From: Tubulanus polymorphus | Lineage: Eukaryota; Animalia; Nemertea | Reading direction: 5' to 3' | DNA: 64,000 bases | Assembly: GCF_964204645.1 (NCBI RefSeq) | Contig: NC_134027.1 | Location: 25,382,560 to 25,446,559 of the forward strand | Shown: piece by piece, positions 1 through 10,889 of the stretch | How the letters are laid out: each line of letters begins with the position of its first letter | Position numbering within the stretch: position 1 is the stretch's first letter | The notes under the pieces: model-generated | What the model was told of the DNA's origin: nothing | Database searches by the model: none | What the model saw: the letters and a program-made list of their open reading frames with translations, nothing else | Translations under genes and position numbers: made by a program

Positions 1-3000
1 GGATTATCGTTCAACAGTTACGATGTTCCGTTTCGAATCAGCGGAGTTATAAACTGGCATCCGAATAATCAATACAGCGATTACCTGCTGGTGTTTGACG
101 CGGGTCGAGCGGTAATTATTACTCATTTCAAATAACCCTTAAACACGGTTCATAGCGGTCCCTTTAAGTCAATGGAATGGCGATGGTCAATTCAATGCCT
201 TGAAAGTCATGGAACGGCCTCTAAAATCCTTAAACAATGGTCATGGTCCTTGAACGGCATCTGCCTTACCACGCAAATACATTTTGAAGCTTTTGGTCAA
301 TCTATTGTATAGACTTACATTATTTGGTCCAGTAACGTCAGTGCGGGATGGGAGTTGTTTTAAGCGGTCATTTCAGTTCAGTCGAAGTCCTGGGACCTGA
401 TCGATGGACAGTATTCATTGATAGTTATCGAATAGGGTCATGGAATTGGGGTCAAAAGAGTCAGGGAATGAGACTGGTCATGGAGACTATGATCAATGTT
501 AAACCACCTGCACGTTTAAAGCAACTCAATGACCTCACTGACCAACCTAACTGACCAACCTCACTGACCAACCTCACTGACCAACCTCACTAACAACTCA
601 ATGACCTAACTGACCAACCTAACTGACCAACCTCACTGACCAACCTCACTAACAACTCAATGACCTAACTGACCAACCTCACTGACCAACCTCACTGACC
701 TACATTGTTTGAATGTTTATATATTTGTAGTCTGTCTATCTCTCAATTGATGGAGGTCGCAACTTTAAAATGATCCGAGACAAATCCACGAAGTTTAAAT
801 GGTATTTCATCCGCTACACTTTTCGTTCTGCTTTATTTTCATAAAATTTTGATGTTTTTTTTTCTGGATGCTTGGATCCCTATGAGACACGGTCTCTATT
901 GGCTTTCCAAGCATCCAAGCATCCATATGTATGAAACAATATGTACGTTATTCCTTGTTAGTAATCATATATTATTTATACCGCATATATATACATGCGA
1001 ATAGATATTATAACACGTATAATGATATATGTTTAACATATATCATTATAACATTGTTATAACCGATTTTATGGAAAACCTTATTCATCGGATTTTAATC
1101 GATGATTTCATTTGCAGGGGAGAAGGATCAACTGATAACGGCCATACGATATTCGTTCAGACTGATCGCGACATGAAACAGACAATCGGCGGCAGTAAGA
1201 ATTACGATTTATTTTAGAAAAACTTATTGAACTAGGCTATATGTACCTAAGTACTCGTTCCCGTTTCACTGAGATTTCAATTCTTAAATCGATCAAATTT
1301 CTTCATGGTGATTTGGGTTAAGATATTTCATGAGTTGTACAATTCATGTACATGGAACTGGTATAAGTCTTTAGTCTGGAACCAACCTCTTCAGACATTC
1401 ACCAGTAAGGCATGAAGTCTTAATCACAGGGACTTGTCACAATTGATAGTGAATGAATATAACCAGTATCAATGACCAACCCCAGTATCCCTGTATAATA
1501 AAAAAGTTTTTTTATTATACAGGGATACTGGGGTTGGTCATTGATACTGGTTATATTCATTCACTATCAATTGTGACAAGTCCCTGTGGTCTAAATGATC
1601 AGTTTTTGAAAGTACGCTGATTAAACATCTAATAACTGGTGTTTGTAGTTCCTTTTGAATCCTGAAATGTCCCGGGTGAAGTCCTGAACACTGTAATACC
1701 TGGATGATGGTACATTGGAAAATTGTTGATGAAATATCGAATGTTTGTGAGGATGAAGGATGCAGGGTGTAAGCTGCATATTGATACATGCTTATTGATT
1801 GACACGTATTTCTGGTTTTTAATCTTTCCAGTGAAATCTCTAAGTAATAAATACGATCTACAGCGTAGCGATGATTTAGGCAACACGTGGACGACGATAC
1901 AACGGAACATACACACCTTCGGAAACCAAGGCAAATTCCTCTACGCTTCGGTTTATAAGGATGAGGTACGAATTTCATTAAATCTTTTCATCTAAAGCGA
2001 AGTTTTCAAACCTGCGTGTAACCTCCATTGAGCTCATCAATGTAAATTGCGTGGACCCCAGTTCAATTTAAGCACCTTTAGCGCTTTAGAGCATTGTCTG
2101 TTATGCTCCTCACACAAGAGCTCATACATTTCACAGATTTTGATACATTTTCTCTGGAACAAAGATTCATCTAAATACACTTTTGTTCAGACAATACTTC
2201 CTAGAAGAGAGCATCTGAACTGTTTTAATAGGATACAGCGCTATATAAAACTTGTTTATTACTACATGTATCATTATCATTATCTTTTTGTCATTGGGTT
2301 GCATCTTTTCTAAACAGAATCCGGTTCCTCAGTTGTAAGTAAAAGCAATGATTTCTGTTCTATTTCAGTTGAAAAAGACGCGGTCAATGAGAGTTTCGAC
2401 CGATGAGGGGAAAACGTGGAACGAAGCCGTACTTCCTTCTATTACTCCAGAACGGGTAAGTTGTGAATGACAAACCGACCCCCGATTGTCGGGAACAGTC
2501 TCTAAAAATAGTTAACAGTCCCCTGATTGCCAGGAACTGTCCCTAGAAATGGTTTACTGTCCCCTGGTTATCAAGAACAATCTCCAAAAATGGTTTACTG
2601 TCCCCTTATTGTCAGGAGCTCTCTCTTTTAATGGGTGAATGTCCTTTGATTGTCAGGAACTGTCTCTCAAATGGTTAACTGTCATCTGATTTCAAGGAGA
2701 TGTCTCTAAAAATGGTTAGGGTACAGCCTCAGAGAATGGTTTCCACTAGATTATCAGGAATAATCTATGGATGGTTTACTGTCCATACTGTCAGCAGCAG
2801 AGAATAGATTGTAACATTACTGATTTACTGATTTTATTTCTCTGTACAGTTCTACAGCATATTGGACATGAACGAAGGTCTGATATTCATGCACGTTGAC
2901 AATCCGGAGGATACCGGTCATGGAATACTCTACACCTCCGACAGCACGGGTGTCATCTTCTCTGAATCGTTAGCCTTTCATTTATACCCGAACTATCAAG

Positions 3001-6000
3001 ATTTGACCGATTTCTACCGCGTGTTGTCGTTGAAAGGGGTTTATATCGCCAGTCAGATGTTATCCGATAATAGCATTCAGACGGTGATCACGTTCAATCG
3101 TGGCGCCACCTGGCAGAACGTGCGGCGACCGTCGAACGCCCCGTGTAAAGACGAGGGGAAGGTAAATGAAGTATTTGGATTTTCTGTATTACTACATGGC
3201 ATCAATTGTTGGCCATAGCCAGAGTTTGAATTTTTTAGTTGAATTTAATGTACCAATAAGCCGTCTGGACCTCTCTCAGACATTCTGCAGTACCCTGCAC
3301 CCTCTCTGGAAATCATTAGTTTGTAACCATTCTTCCACACTTCACATGTGTTAAGATTATAATAAAAACACCAGGCAATGGAAATTTTATCAGCACACAT
3401 TTGAAAACTGAATGTCCACCACTTCAGATGTATTCAGGACTTCACCTGAGGCATTTTTGATCGAAAATGTGTTGCATAAATAAAACATTAGACATTGCAT
3501 TGAAATGGTGAATGTCTAAAGGGGTTGGGTTGGTTCCAGGCTACTGATCGATACTTGCATACCAGTAAGCGTAATATCTAAATACTGATTTTCTATTTCA
3601 GAAATGTTTCTTACAAATTCATAATTTGTATAGTATCGTACGTAACATAAAGGCTAAACCTCCTCTTTCATCTCCGACTGCTACTGGAATTATCATGGTT
3701 CATGGTACGTTTTCAGCGTTACTCACTTCTAATAGTATGTTAGGCCTATAATCTATGTGTATAGAATAATTAGAGAATGTCTGAAACACAGTAAAACATC
3801 ATTTCATTCCAAATTGATGATATTTCAAAGTTCATGTTTCTGAACGTTTCAACAAATCCCGTCTTCAGAGAGCCAGTAATCTTCATCACTGAGAATACGG
3901 TCAATTTATTCATCATTTTCAATTTTGTAACTATAGATTTAAGTCTTAAAGGTGGAACTGGTTCCTCAGATATGTGCTTAACAATATAAGGATGTAATTC
4001 GTTGTAGGGCACGTGGCTGATTCACTACAGATAACGCCACCTGATGTATACGTAACGAGCGATGGTGGATATAACTGGATTAAAGTAAGAACTGATTTCA
4101 CGGGTTCTTAATGAAAAGAAAAACTTTTTCTTTTAAAAAATACAGATCTTGATTTTCGGATTTCAAGAACCACTCACTGAAAAGTTGGTTAAAGAACGCT
4201 AGTGGATGATTAACTGAGTGATAATTAGAATTGCATTGCATCGTTTTAAAGCTTACCAATTTTTGAGCAATAGGCCTCCGAAATAATTTCCATGAAAACA
4301 TTGAGAAAAATTCTAATCAGAATCGTAATTGTTCGATAGGCATTGGACGGACCTCATCTTTATCAAATCGCCGACCAGGGCGGTCTTCTCGTCGCCGTGC
4401 CGATGTCGGCCGATGAATCGAATATTATAAAGTTCTCGACGGACGAGGGACGATGTTGGCATAATTTCACGTATACCGACGAAAAGATACACGTGACCGG
4501 ATTACTGACCGAACCGGGAAATAAAGCCATGCACGTCGGAATCTGGGGATTCTTAAACCAAGAGTGGAGAACTTTCATAATCAACTTCAAGGAAATAATC
4601 AAAAAGCCATGTGAGTAATAAACCCTGTTCAGGTTGGATGCAAATCGTCTTTACTCAGACCGGAAGTGAAATTTCCAATTATTCACTTTGATTTCAACAA
4701 AAAACTCTTTAGATTCTCCACCATTCATTTATATTCTTAGACAAATAGTACTTGGAAGGTTAACTAGGTTTACCTATTTAAAATATGAGCTTTAGCTACC
4801 AGTGTATAGTAGCTTCATAACGTATTATCTGATGAAGCTATTATGCACTTACTTTTAGTAAAGATAGCCTTCAAAATACTATTTGGGGGAAGAAACATTT
4901 TAGCCAGAAATAACGTTCAATGATAATTAGAATCTTAGAAAACTTTCGGCGACATGTTTTAGAATATTTTGTATTGACGTCTGCTCTCTTTTTTCCCTCC
5001 ACTGATTTTAGGTCAGACTTCTGATTATGAAGATTGGACCGCTCATACCGAGATGAACACGGCAATGGCTAATAAAGGCTGTTTATTGGGCCAAACTGAA
5101 ACTTTCAAACGACCGAAGAAAGATTCACTGTAAGTTGACATGACTCCGGTGCTGCAGTCGAGACTAAGTTAAGGCTTAAGATAAGCTTGATATCCGGTCA
5201 AATTTACTAAAGTTGTTAACAGATCAACCGTCACAATTACTTAAGTAGAATTTGTATTTCCAAATTGACTGAGCATTTGTCATCATTTGGATGAGTCTTC
5301 AACACGATGATCGGCCCAACTACAATGACTAAAGTGAATTCAACTGTATAACATTAACTATACGACTATAATAAACTCTAGCCTGCACTTGTGTCGACTG
5401 TGGAACTGGTCTCTATTTTTGTCTGGTTCTGCATGAACTAGAAGGGTTTCGACAAGGGTTGAAAATTGAACAGACGATCTCAAAGCGATCTATGGATTGT
5501 TTTGCAGGTGTTACAATGGAAGAGATTGGGTGCCGCCGAAAACCGTACAAAAATGTCAATGTACGAAAGATGATTATGAGTGGTAAGTTTGCAGCCGTTC
5601 TATAGAATCTATGTACATGTACTTAACATTTCAGTAGGCTTGAAATTACATGTAATTGTAAAAATTAATTCTTTTGCTTATATGTTTTGGCAAGTGGTAA
5701 AATATCCACTTCTTATTTCTTTTTATTTGTCTGGAACCTCACATTATTTGTCTCTGATGACATTGAAACGTTTCAATTGTTACTTGCAGCGATTTCGGTT
5801 ATTACCGTCCAATCAACACGCTTGAATGTAAGCAGGTATCTACGTACCAGAAATACGTGTGTATTCACGGAGAGGAGGAGGTTTTAAAAACACAAGGGTA
5901 AGACACAAATCATAAACAGTGCTGTCTCTCTACGTGCGGTGGTGTTTGAATATTAATCAAACTTTGGTTTATGTTAACTTGAACGAGATATATACTTAGA

Positions 6001-6016
6001 TAATAATGATAATAAT

Positions 6017-6065
<49 letters not shown>

Positions 6066-9000
6066 GACATTTATATAGCGCAGGTATCCAAACAAGAGTC
6101 TGTTCAAATGCGCTCCAAACTTGGTATTATTACCCCCAGCCTATAACTCTATTCCATGTATCAGTCATCTCTCCCCGGGGAGAGGTAACATCCGAGCAGC
6201 TGCTAGGCGCTCAGGAGTCATCTATCAGACCAGGTACCCATTTACTCCTCTGTGGAGAGAGGCAATGAGGATAAGTGTCTTGCCCGAGGACACTACGGCA
6301 ATGTACGGGGTTCGAACCCACGACCTGGCTTCCCAGAGCCGAACGCTCTAACCACTCGGCCACACCGCTCCACGAAATGAGAAATGAGAATGTGGTGGCA
6401 ACTAAAACATATTGTTATTGTACTACAATAGAACCAGGATATTCATCCAGTTCACGAGACTCCACATTTTACGTATGTTTTATGTAATCGTGATGAATAA
6501 TATGCAGGTTAGATCGAAGTCTAAATTAAACTGATCCCAAAGTGTGGATTTGACTGTACTGCTATTGTTAGTTAAAACCAGTTAGCTCCACCAGTTCCAC
6601 AGTTGTAAGTTAAGAGTTGATTCCCCGTTATAATCAGTTCATTTGCGTTGAGTGAGAATCCATCAGTCTAAATCAGTATTTAATTCGGAAATATGAAGCC
6701 AGATTATGGTGTTTATCAGGGGGGGCTAGTTGCTCAAATATTGGATTTTGCCTGGTAAATTGTTAACCATGTTTGCAGTTGCAGAAAACTAATTAAAAAG
6801 TGAGAATCTAAGTCAGTAGCGCGTTTGAAATATTGTAATTCTTCTCATCGAATTTCGAATATTGAATTCTATTTATAACACAACTGTTTTCTGTATTTTC
6901 TGTAGATATCGTAAGATACCGGGTGATATGTGCGTCGGAGGTTTCACGCCTGAAGTCACTTCGCTCGTAGATTTAGCCATGCATTGTAACGGCGAAATAG
7001 ACGTTATAGATAACAGTCATCTGGAGGTGAGTGATGAATGTTGAGCGTTCACATCCCTGAGCACTTCTTCATCCAGTTAGACCAGTGACCTGTATATACA
7101 GTAAAACCTGACGAGAGAAATCCCACAATAACGAAGCCAAGATTGAAAAATTCTATATCAGAATGATTATATTTGAGGAGCGACGTTTCGGCTAACAACT
7201 GTTAGCCATCATCAGGCGTACGAGAATATTATATTTTCGTAATTGTGGGATTTCTCTCGTCATCATCATACACGGATATTGTGTATCTTTTCGTCTAAAC
7301 AGTAAAACCTATCTACTGTTAAGATTTGTGGTTCTGGGAAGGTGTTCTCTGTAGAGGGGATTAATTGAAAATGAACTAGAAAATTTTGGTTGGTTTCTAG
7401 AAAAAAGTGTTCGCTTTTAGAGTGAGAGTTCACTGAGAGAGGTTTACTGATATTCTATAAAGAATACAAATAAGAAAATACATGTATTACAATGTTGAAG
7501 AAAGACTCTTGGGAGTATTGACGTTTTGACTCGAATTGGTAAAGGCCATTTTCAAAGCTCGCATAGTTATTGACTTGAAGTCACTTCTCTCCAAGTTATT
7601 CGCCGATTTTGCAGGTATTTTCTTCAGTGTCACGGTTCACTTAAATATTTCACTCTGCAATTAAGGAAATTGACCTATTTTGACATTAAACTGTGGAAGC
7701 GGAGAGCTGCATCGGCTGAATGTTAGATATTTTTTCACTAAGTATATATTTGTATCTATTTTCAGTTGGCGCCCGGAGCAAAGCACACGGTTATCGTGGC
7801 AACCATTGTGATCCTAGTCCTTGTGTTGGTGGCTTTTATTGCTGCGTATTTCGGCCGGAAAGTTTATCTGCTTCGAAAACAGTAAGTTCATTATTCCATT
7901 CTCATTCCAGGCTTGGATTTAAAGTTTCAGATATCATTTAATTAGATGTATTGGTTGCCATCAGTGTTCTACTTAGTAGTTTCCTTGTCAATCCAGTCTT
8001 CGTTTGTTCGAACCCAGTAGTGAGGGCAGAGTTTCTAAGCCTCTCCTCATATATTGTCAGAAATAAACTTCAAAACCTGCAAATAATGGCAAGAGTAGTG
8101 CTCAGTGGGTCATTAATAGAAAAATGAAATAGATATAAGCTTAAGATAGTTTTGACGCTTTTCCTGGAATAACAAACAAAGTCTTGTTTGTAGAGCCAAG
8201 AGCTACAGCGGAACCACATTATAATGAACTTCAGGAGACCAGAAAATCTGTTCGTTATAACCGATAGTTCGCTGTTGTATCCAGTATGAAATTACAGCGG
8301 AACCTCATTACAACCAATGATTCAAGCTTATTTTCAGGCACTGAAATATTGAGAATCACAAATGAATTGAAGCCGACAATGTTTTGTATATTTGTAGCAA
8401 TGTTACATATCGTTATTCGATGTTGAATCAAAATGCTGAAGAATACGACTATGATAATGACATTGAGAATGCGCTCACGCATTCTACTTCATTGTATCAC
8501 GATGATGAGGAAGAGGTATGTCGTTAAAAAAATTTTTTTTTTGGATTCTTGAAAATTAAAAACTGATACAGGTATCAATCCACAGCCATGAATGGCCCCC
8601 TTAGGACTTTCATTGTTTCAGTTTTGATCAATTTCTGAAAATGTGCGATAAAATCTCTAATATCTGGTATTTTCGAATGGGTGCAGAGTGCAAAATAATA
8701 GTACATGTATCTGCCCAATTCAAAACCACCATGACCAAAAAAAAACCATTAGGACAGTGAAGCCCATGTTTAGGACCCAGTTTTACAGTTATGGGTGATG
8801 AAAATTAAAAATCAGGACCCAATTCCATAGGTGAAAGTTAGCGAATCTTAGCTAAAATCAGTTCATTTTCGATGAGTTAACTCTCGAGTCAAATCTTAAT
8901 TCGCAACTGTGGAACCGAGTCCTGTCCCTTCATTCAACAAACTAACATACTCCGGATCCAGTTCCACGTTTACAGTTTGACCCTCAGGTTAAAAACCATG

Positions 9001-10272
9001 GAAATCTACTCATTTAGACCTTGTCAGTCTTGTAAATAATTGTTCTATTACGTTGTTTTTGTTTTGATTAATTGTTTGGGTTTTCCTGTTCAGGGAGAGA
9101 CTCCGTTCACTGAGGTAAATAAACTTTTTGAATTTGTATTAATCCGAATTAATCCCCCTAGTTAAGCTCTTAACCCCTTTGGTTGACTGTTTATTTTGGT
9201 TTTCGGGCACAGGGGTTTATTTTGTTTTTGTTAAGTAAGGTTTTTGATTCAGGCGATGGTGTTTTGGTTCTATTTTGAATAAGAAATCGGGGGGGGGGGA
9301 AGCTAGGTGTAGTATTTTGTCGCGGTCATCAGAAAAAGCTTGCCACAAATCTGAACGTGAATCTTCGAGAATTCTGTTGTTGAGTGTTGGCTTCTTCTAC
9401 AGTAGACTACGCTTACCTCAGATCTTGAGGCACCTGTAAATCCTCTCAAAGGTCCACAAATTCTGGGCTAGTTGGGGCAGCAGTATCTCATAAGCTCATT
9501 ATCATAATGAATTTGAGCTTTAGAAATTTGTACCGGGGTAATTTATTGCCCAGAGCACGTGATAATCCGAGGCAAACAACTCAGGGGGTAAACAAAGTTT
9601 TTTGTAATTCTGTAGATTTGAAGACTACAATAAGTTTTATACAATCTCAACTACTCAAGACTGGTTGCATTAAAATGAATGTAGTAACATTCACAAATTA
9701 CTCAAGACTGCATGTTAGTTTCATTAAAACAAACTTCTATTTCAACCTTCTGTTTATTTGTAGGAAGTGGACTCTTCAAAATTGCCAATCTCGAATGGTA
9801 AAATTCCGAAAAATAATTTCAAGTCGAAATCGAAAGTACGATCGTACCACGATGATTCAGATGATGTAAGTCAACTGAGAAATCTGTCTATTCTAGAGAT
9901 TTAGCGATTTTTCCTATACGTATAATACCAGTATTGAGACAAGTAGTGGTATAACGAATTGGAATTATTATGAAGAATGGTATTTCTACTAAATTTAAGT
10001 TAGATTGAGCGATATATTTGTTCTCTGAAGAATATTGGCGTTAAAAGAGCAATGGCATTATATAATGCTTGATAGATTTTTAAGCAATCTTTGAAAATGA
10101 AAATGCACAAGGGAACATCTTTTAAAAACTAGACAAGGGTTTTTAATCCAGGACCCAACTATCAAATTCAACGCGGAACTGCTAAACCATTCCAAGTTTT
10201 ATGATCATTGTCAATTTAGGTCGTTTGAAGTTTATGGAATTTCTGTTTTATTTTCAGGATCTGCTCGAATAG
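1..10272 (+). CDS. SORT1: Sortilin (VPS10-domain type I receptor), 5'-truncated by the window edge; 18 coding exons visible
   Basis: GT-AG exons 1-111, 731-801, 1118-1194, 1832-1965, 2369-2455, 2850-3161, 3602-3704, 4008-4084, 4340-4610, 5012-5129, 5508-5582, 5790-5897, 6906-7026, 7766-7881, 8398-8515, 9094-9114 (candidate microexon), 9764-9865, 10258-10272 splice in frame. They show Asp-box/BNR repeats (SDDLGNTW, STDEGKTW, TFNRGATW, TSDGGYNW, STDEGRCW), the 10CC region (GCLLG, CQCTKDDYECDFGY, GYRKIPGDMC), a TM helix (VIVATIVILVLVLVAFIAAYF), a YSML motif and the C-terminus YHDDSDDDLLE*, which closely matches vertebrate sortilin (YHDDSDEDLLE). Confidence 0.93.
522..701. repeat. 13-bp minisatellite (ACTGACCAACCTC/A) with periodic variant units
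   Basis: Direct tandem copies of ACTGACCAACCTC/ACTGACCAACCTA interspersed with CAACTCAATGACC, in a sortilin intron. Confidence 0.9.
865..917. repeat. 53-bp hairpin mini-element, copy 1 (copy 2 at 56057-56109)
   Basis: TGGATGCTTGGA...TCCAAGCATCCA 12-bp inverted ends; a closely similar copy lies 55 kb away, and both follow a T-run. Confidence 0.7.
1425..1588. repeat. Near-perfect 164-bp palindrome (about 81-bp arms, essentially no spacer)
   Basis: CACAGGGACTTGTCACAATTG...TATAATAAAAAA G TTTTTTTATTATA...CAATTGTGACAAGTCCCTGTG; the arms are exact reverse complements apart from the central G/T. Confidence 0.95.
2478..2790. repeat. Degenerate ~40-bp tandem repeat (about 7 units)
   Basis: Recurring CCCTGATTGTCAGGAACTGTCTCTAAAAATGGTTTACTGT-like unit. 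Confidence 0.8.
6001..6371 (-). mobile_element. tRNA-derived SINE with CORE-like central domain, LINE-like 3' end and (TTA)n tail
   Basis: Minus strand: Pol III A box TGGCCGAGTGG (6352-6362), B box GGTTCGAACCC (~6308-6319), then GTGTCCTCGGGCAAGACACTT...GTAAATGGGTACC, and a 3' end GCGCTATATAAATGTCC followed by ~20 ATT repeats (6001-6063). Confidence 0.85.
7110..7298. mobile_element. Short Penelope-like element with inverted ends and a 12-bp target-site duplication
   Basis: Flanked by ACAGTAAAACCT (7098-7109 and 7299-7310); 21-bp inverted repeat TGACGAGAGAAATCCCACAAT/ATTGTGGGATTTCTCTCGTCA; internal hammerhead motif; related copies at ~19270-19529 and ~41521-41640. Confidence 0.75.
7180..7217 (-). 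ncRNA. Minimal type I hammerhead ribozyme motif (Penelope-type)
   Basis: Minus strand GC-CUGAUGA-U-GGCUAAC(AGUU)GUUAGCC-GAAAC-GUC-GC: both conserved core boxes, 7-bp stem II, loopless palindromic stem III (ACGU), GUC cleavage triplet. Confidence 0.75.
8815..8922. mobile_element. ~100-bp MITE, family A (TIR GGACCCAGTTCCACAGTT), representative copy
   Basis: GGACCCAATTCCATAG...CTGTGGAACCGAGTCC; related copies at ~10409-10510, 23881-23975, 36534-36606, 37176-37231, 44207-44282, 52463-52566 and several half copies. Confidence 0.75.
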
Positions 10273-10668
10273 CGGGTGACAACGGACAGATTCAGCATTC
10301 CAAGAACAAGCTTCCTTATACTTATATAAATACATATATGTGAATAACAAACAACTCTGTACTGGAAACATTCTTGACTAAGAAAATGGCAAAAAGTAGC
10401 GAACAGACGGACTCAGTTCTGCAATTATTAGTTACGATTTTACTCTCTAAGAGTCAAAATTGTTTCAACTGGAGTCAAATTTTATCTCACAACTGCGCGG
10501 AACTGACTCTGAATTAATTATCATTACTGGTATTGATATTATAATTATTATTATAATCATGATGATGTTTGCTTCGACTGTGCTGCCTATCTGTGATTGT
10601 TTTATAGACTAACCATGAAATCGCTTGCGACAGTCAAACTGTTGAGAATAGCCGAAAAAAATATATTA

Positions 10669-10889
10669 CAGTAGAACCCGCTTAATTCGGATCATTTTGG
10701 CGCAACAAAATTCATCCTGTTTAGTTAATACCCGAAAGTGCTGGATATAATTTTCAGAATTTTCGAATAAGATTCCATGGCAGGCGAGGATCATATTTGA
10801 CCTACATTTATCCGTAGGTGTAGCATAAGTAATATCCCAATGAGATGAAAATCTAAATTGAACTGATCTGGATTGAGTGGGTGTGACTG
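10669..10889. mobile_element. pogo/Tigger-like MITE (CAGT...ACTG ends), related to 36318-36465
   Basis: TA|CAGTAGAACCCGCTTAATTCGGAT...ATCTGGATTGAGTGGGTGTGACTG; similar ends at 36318-36465. Confidence 0.55.

Noticed and set aside
6300-6371. tRNA gene
   Set aside because: A and B boxes are present, but the acceptor stem does not close and the sequence continues into a SINE body and microsatellite tail.
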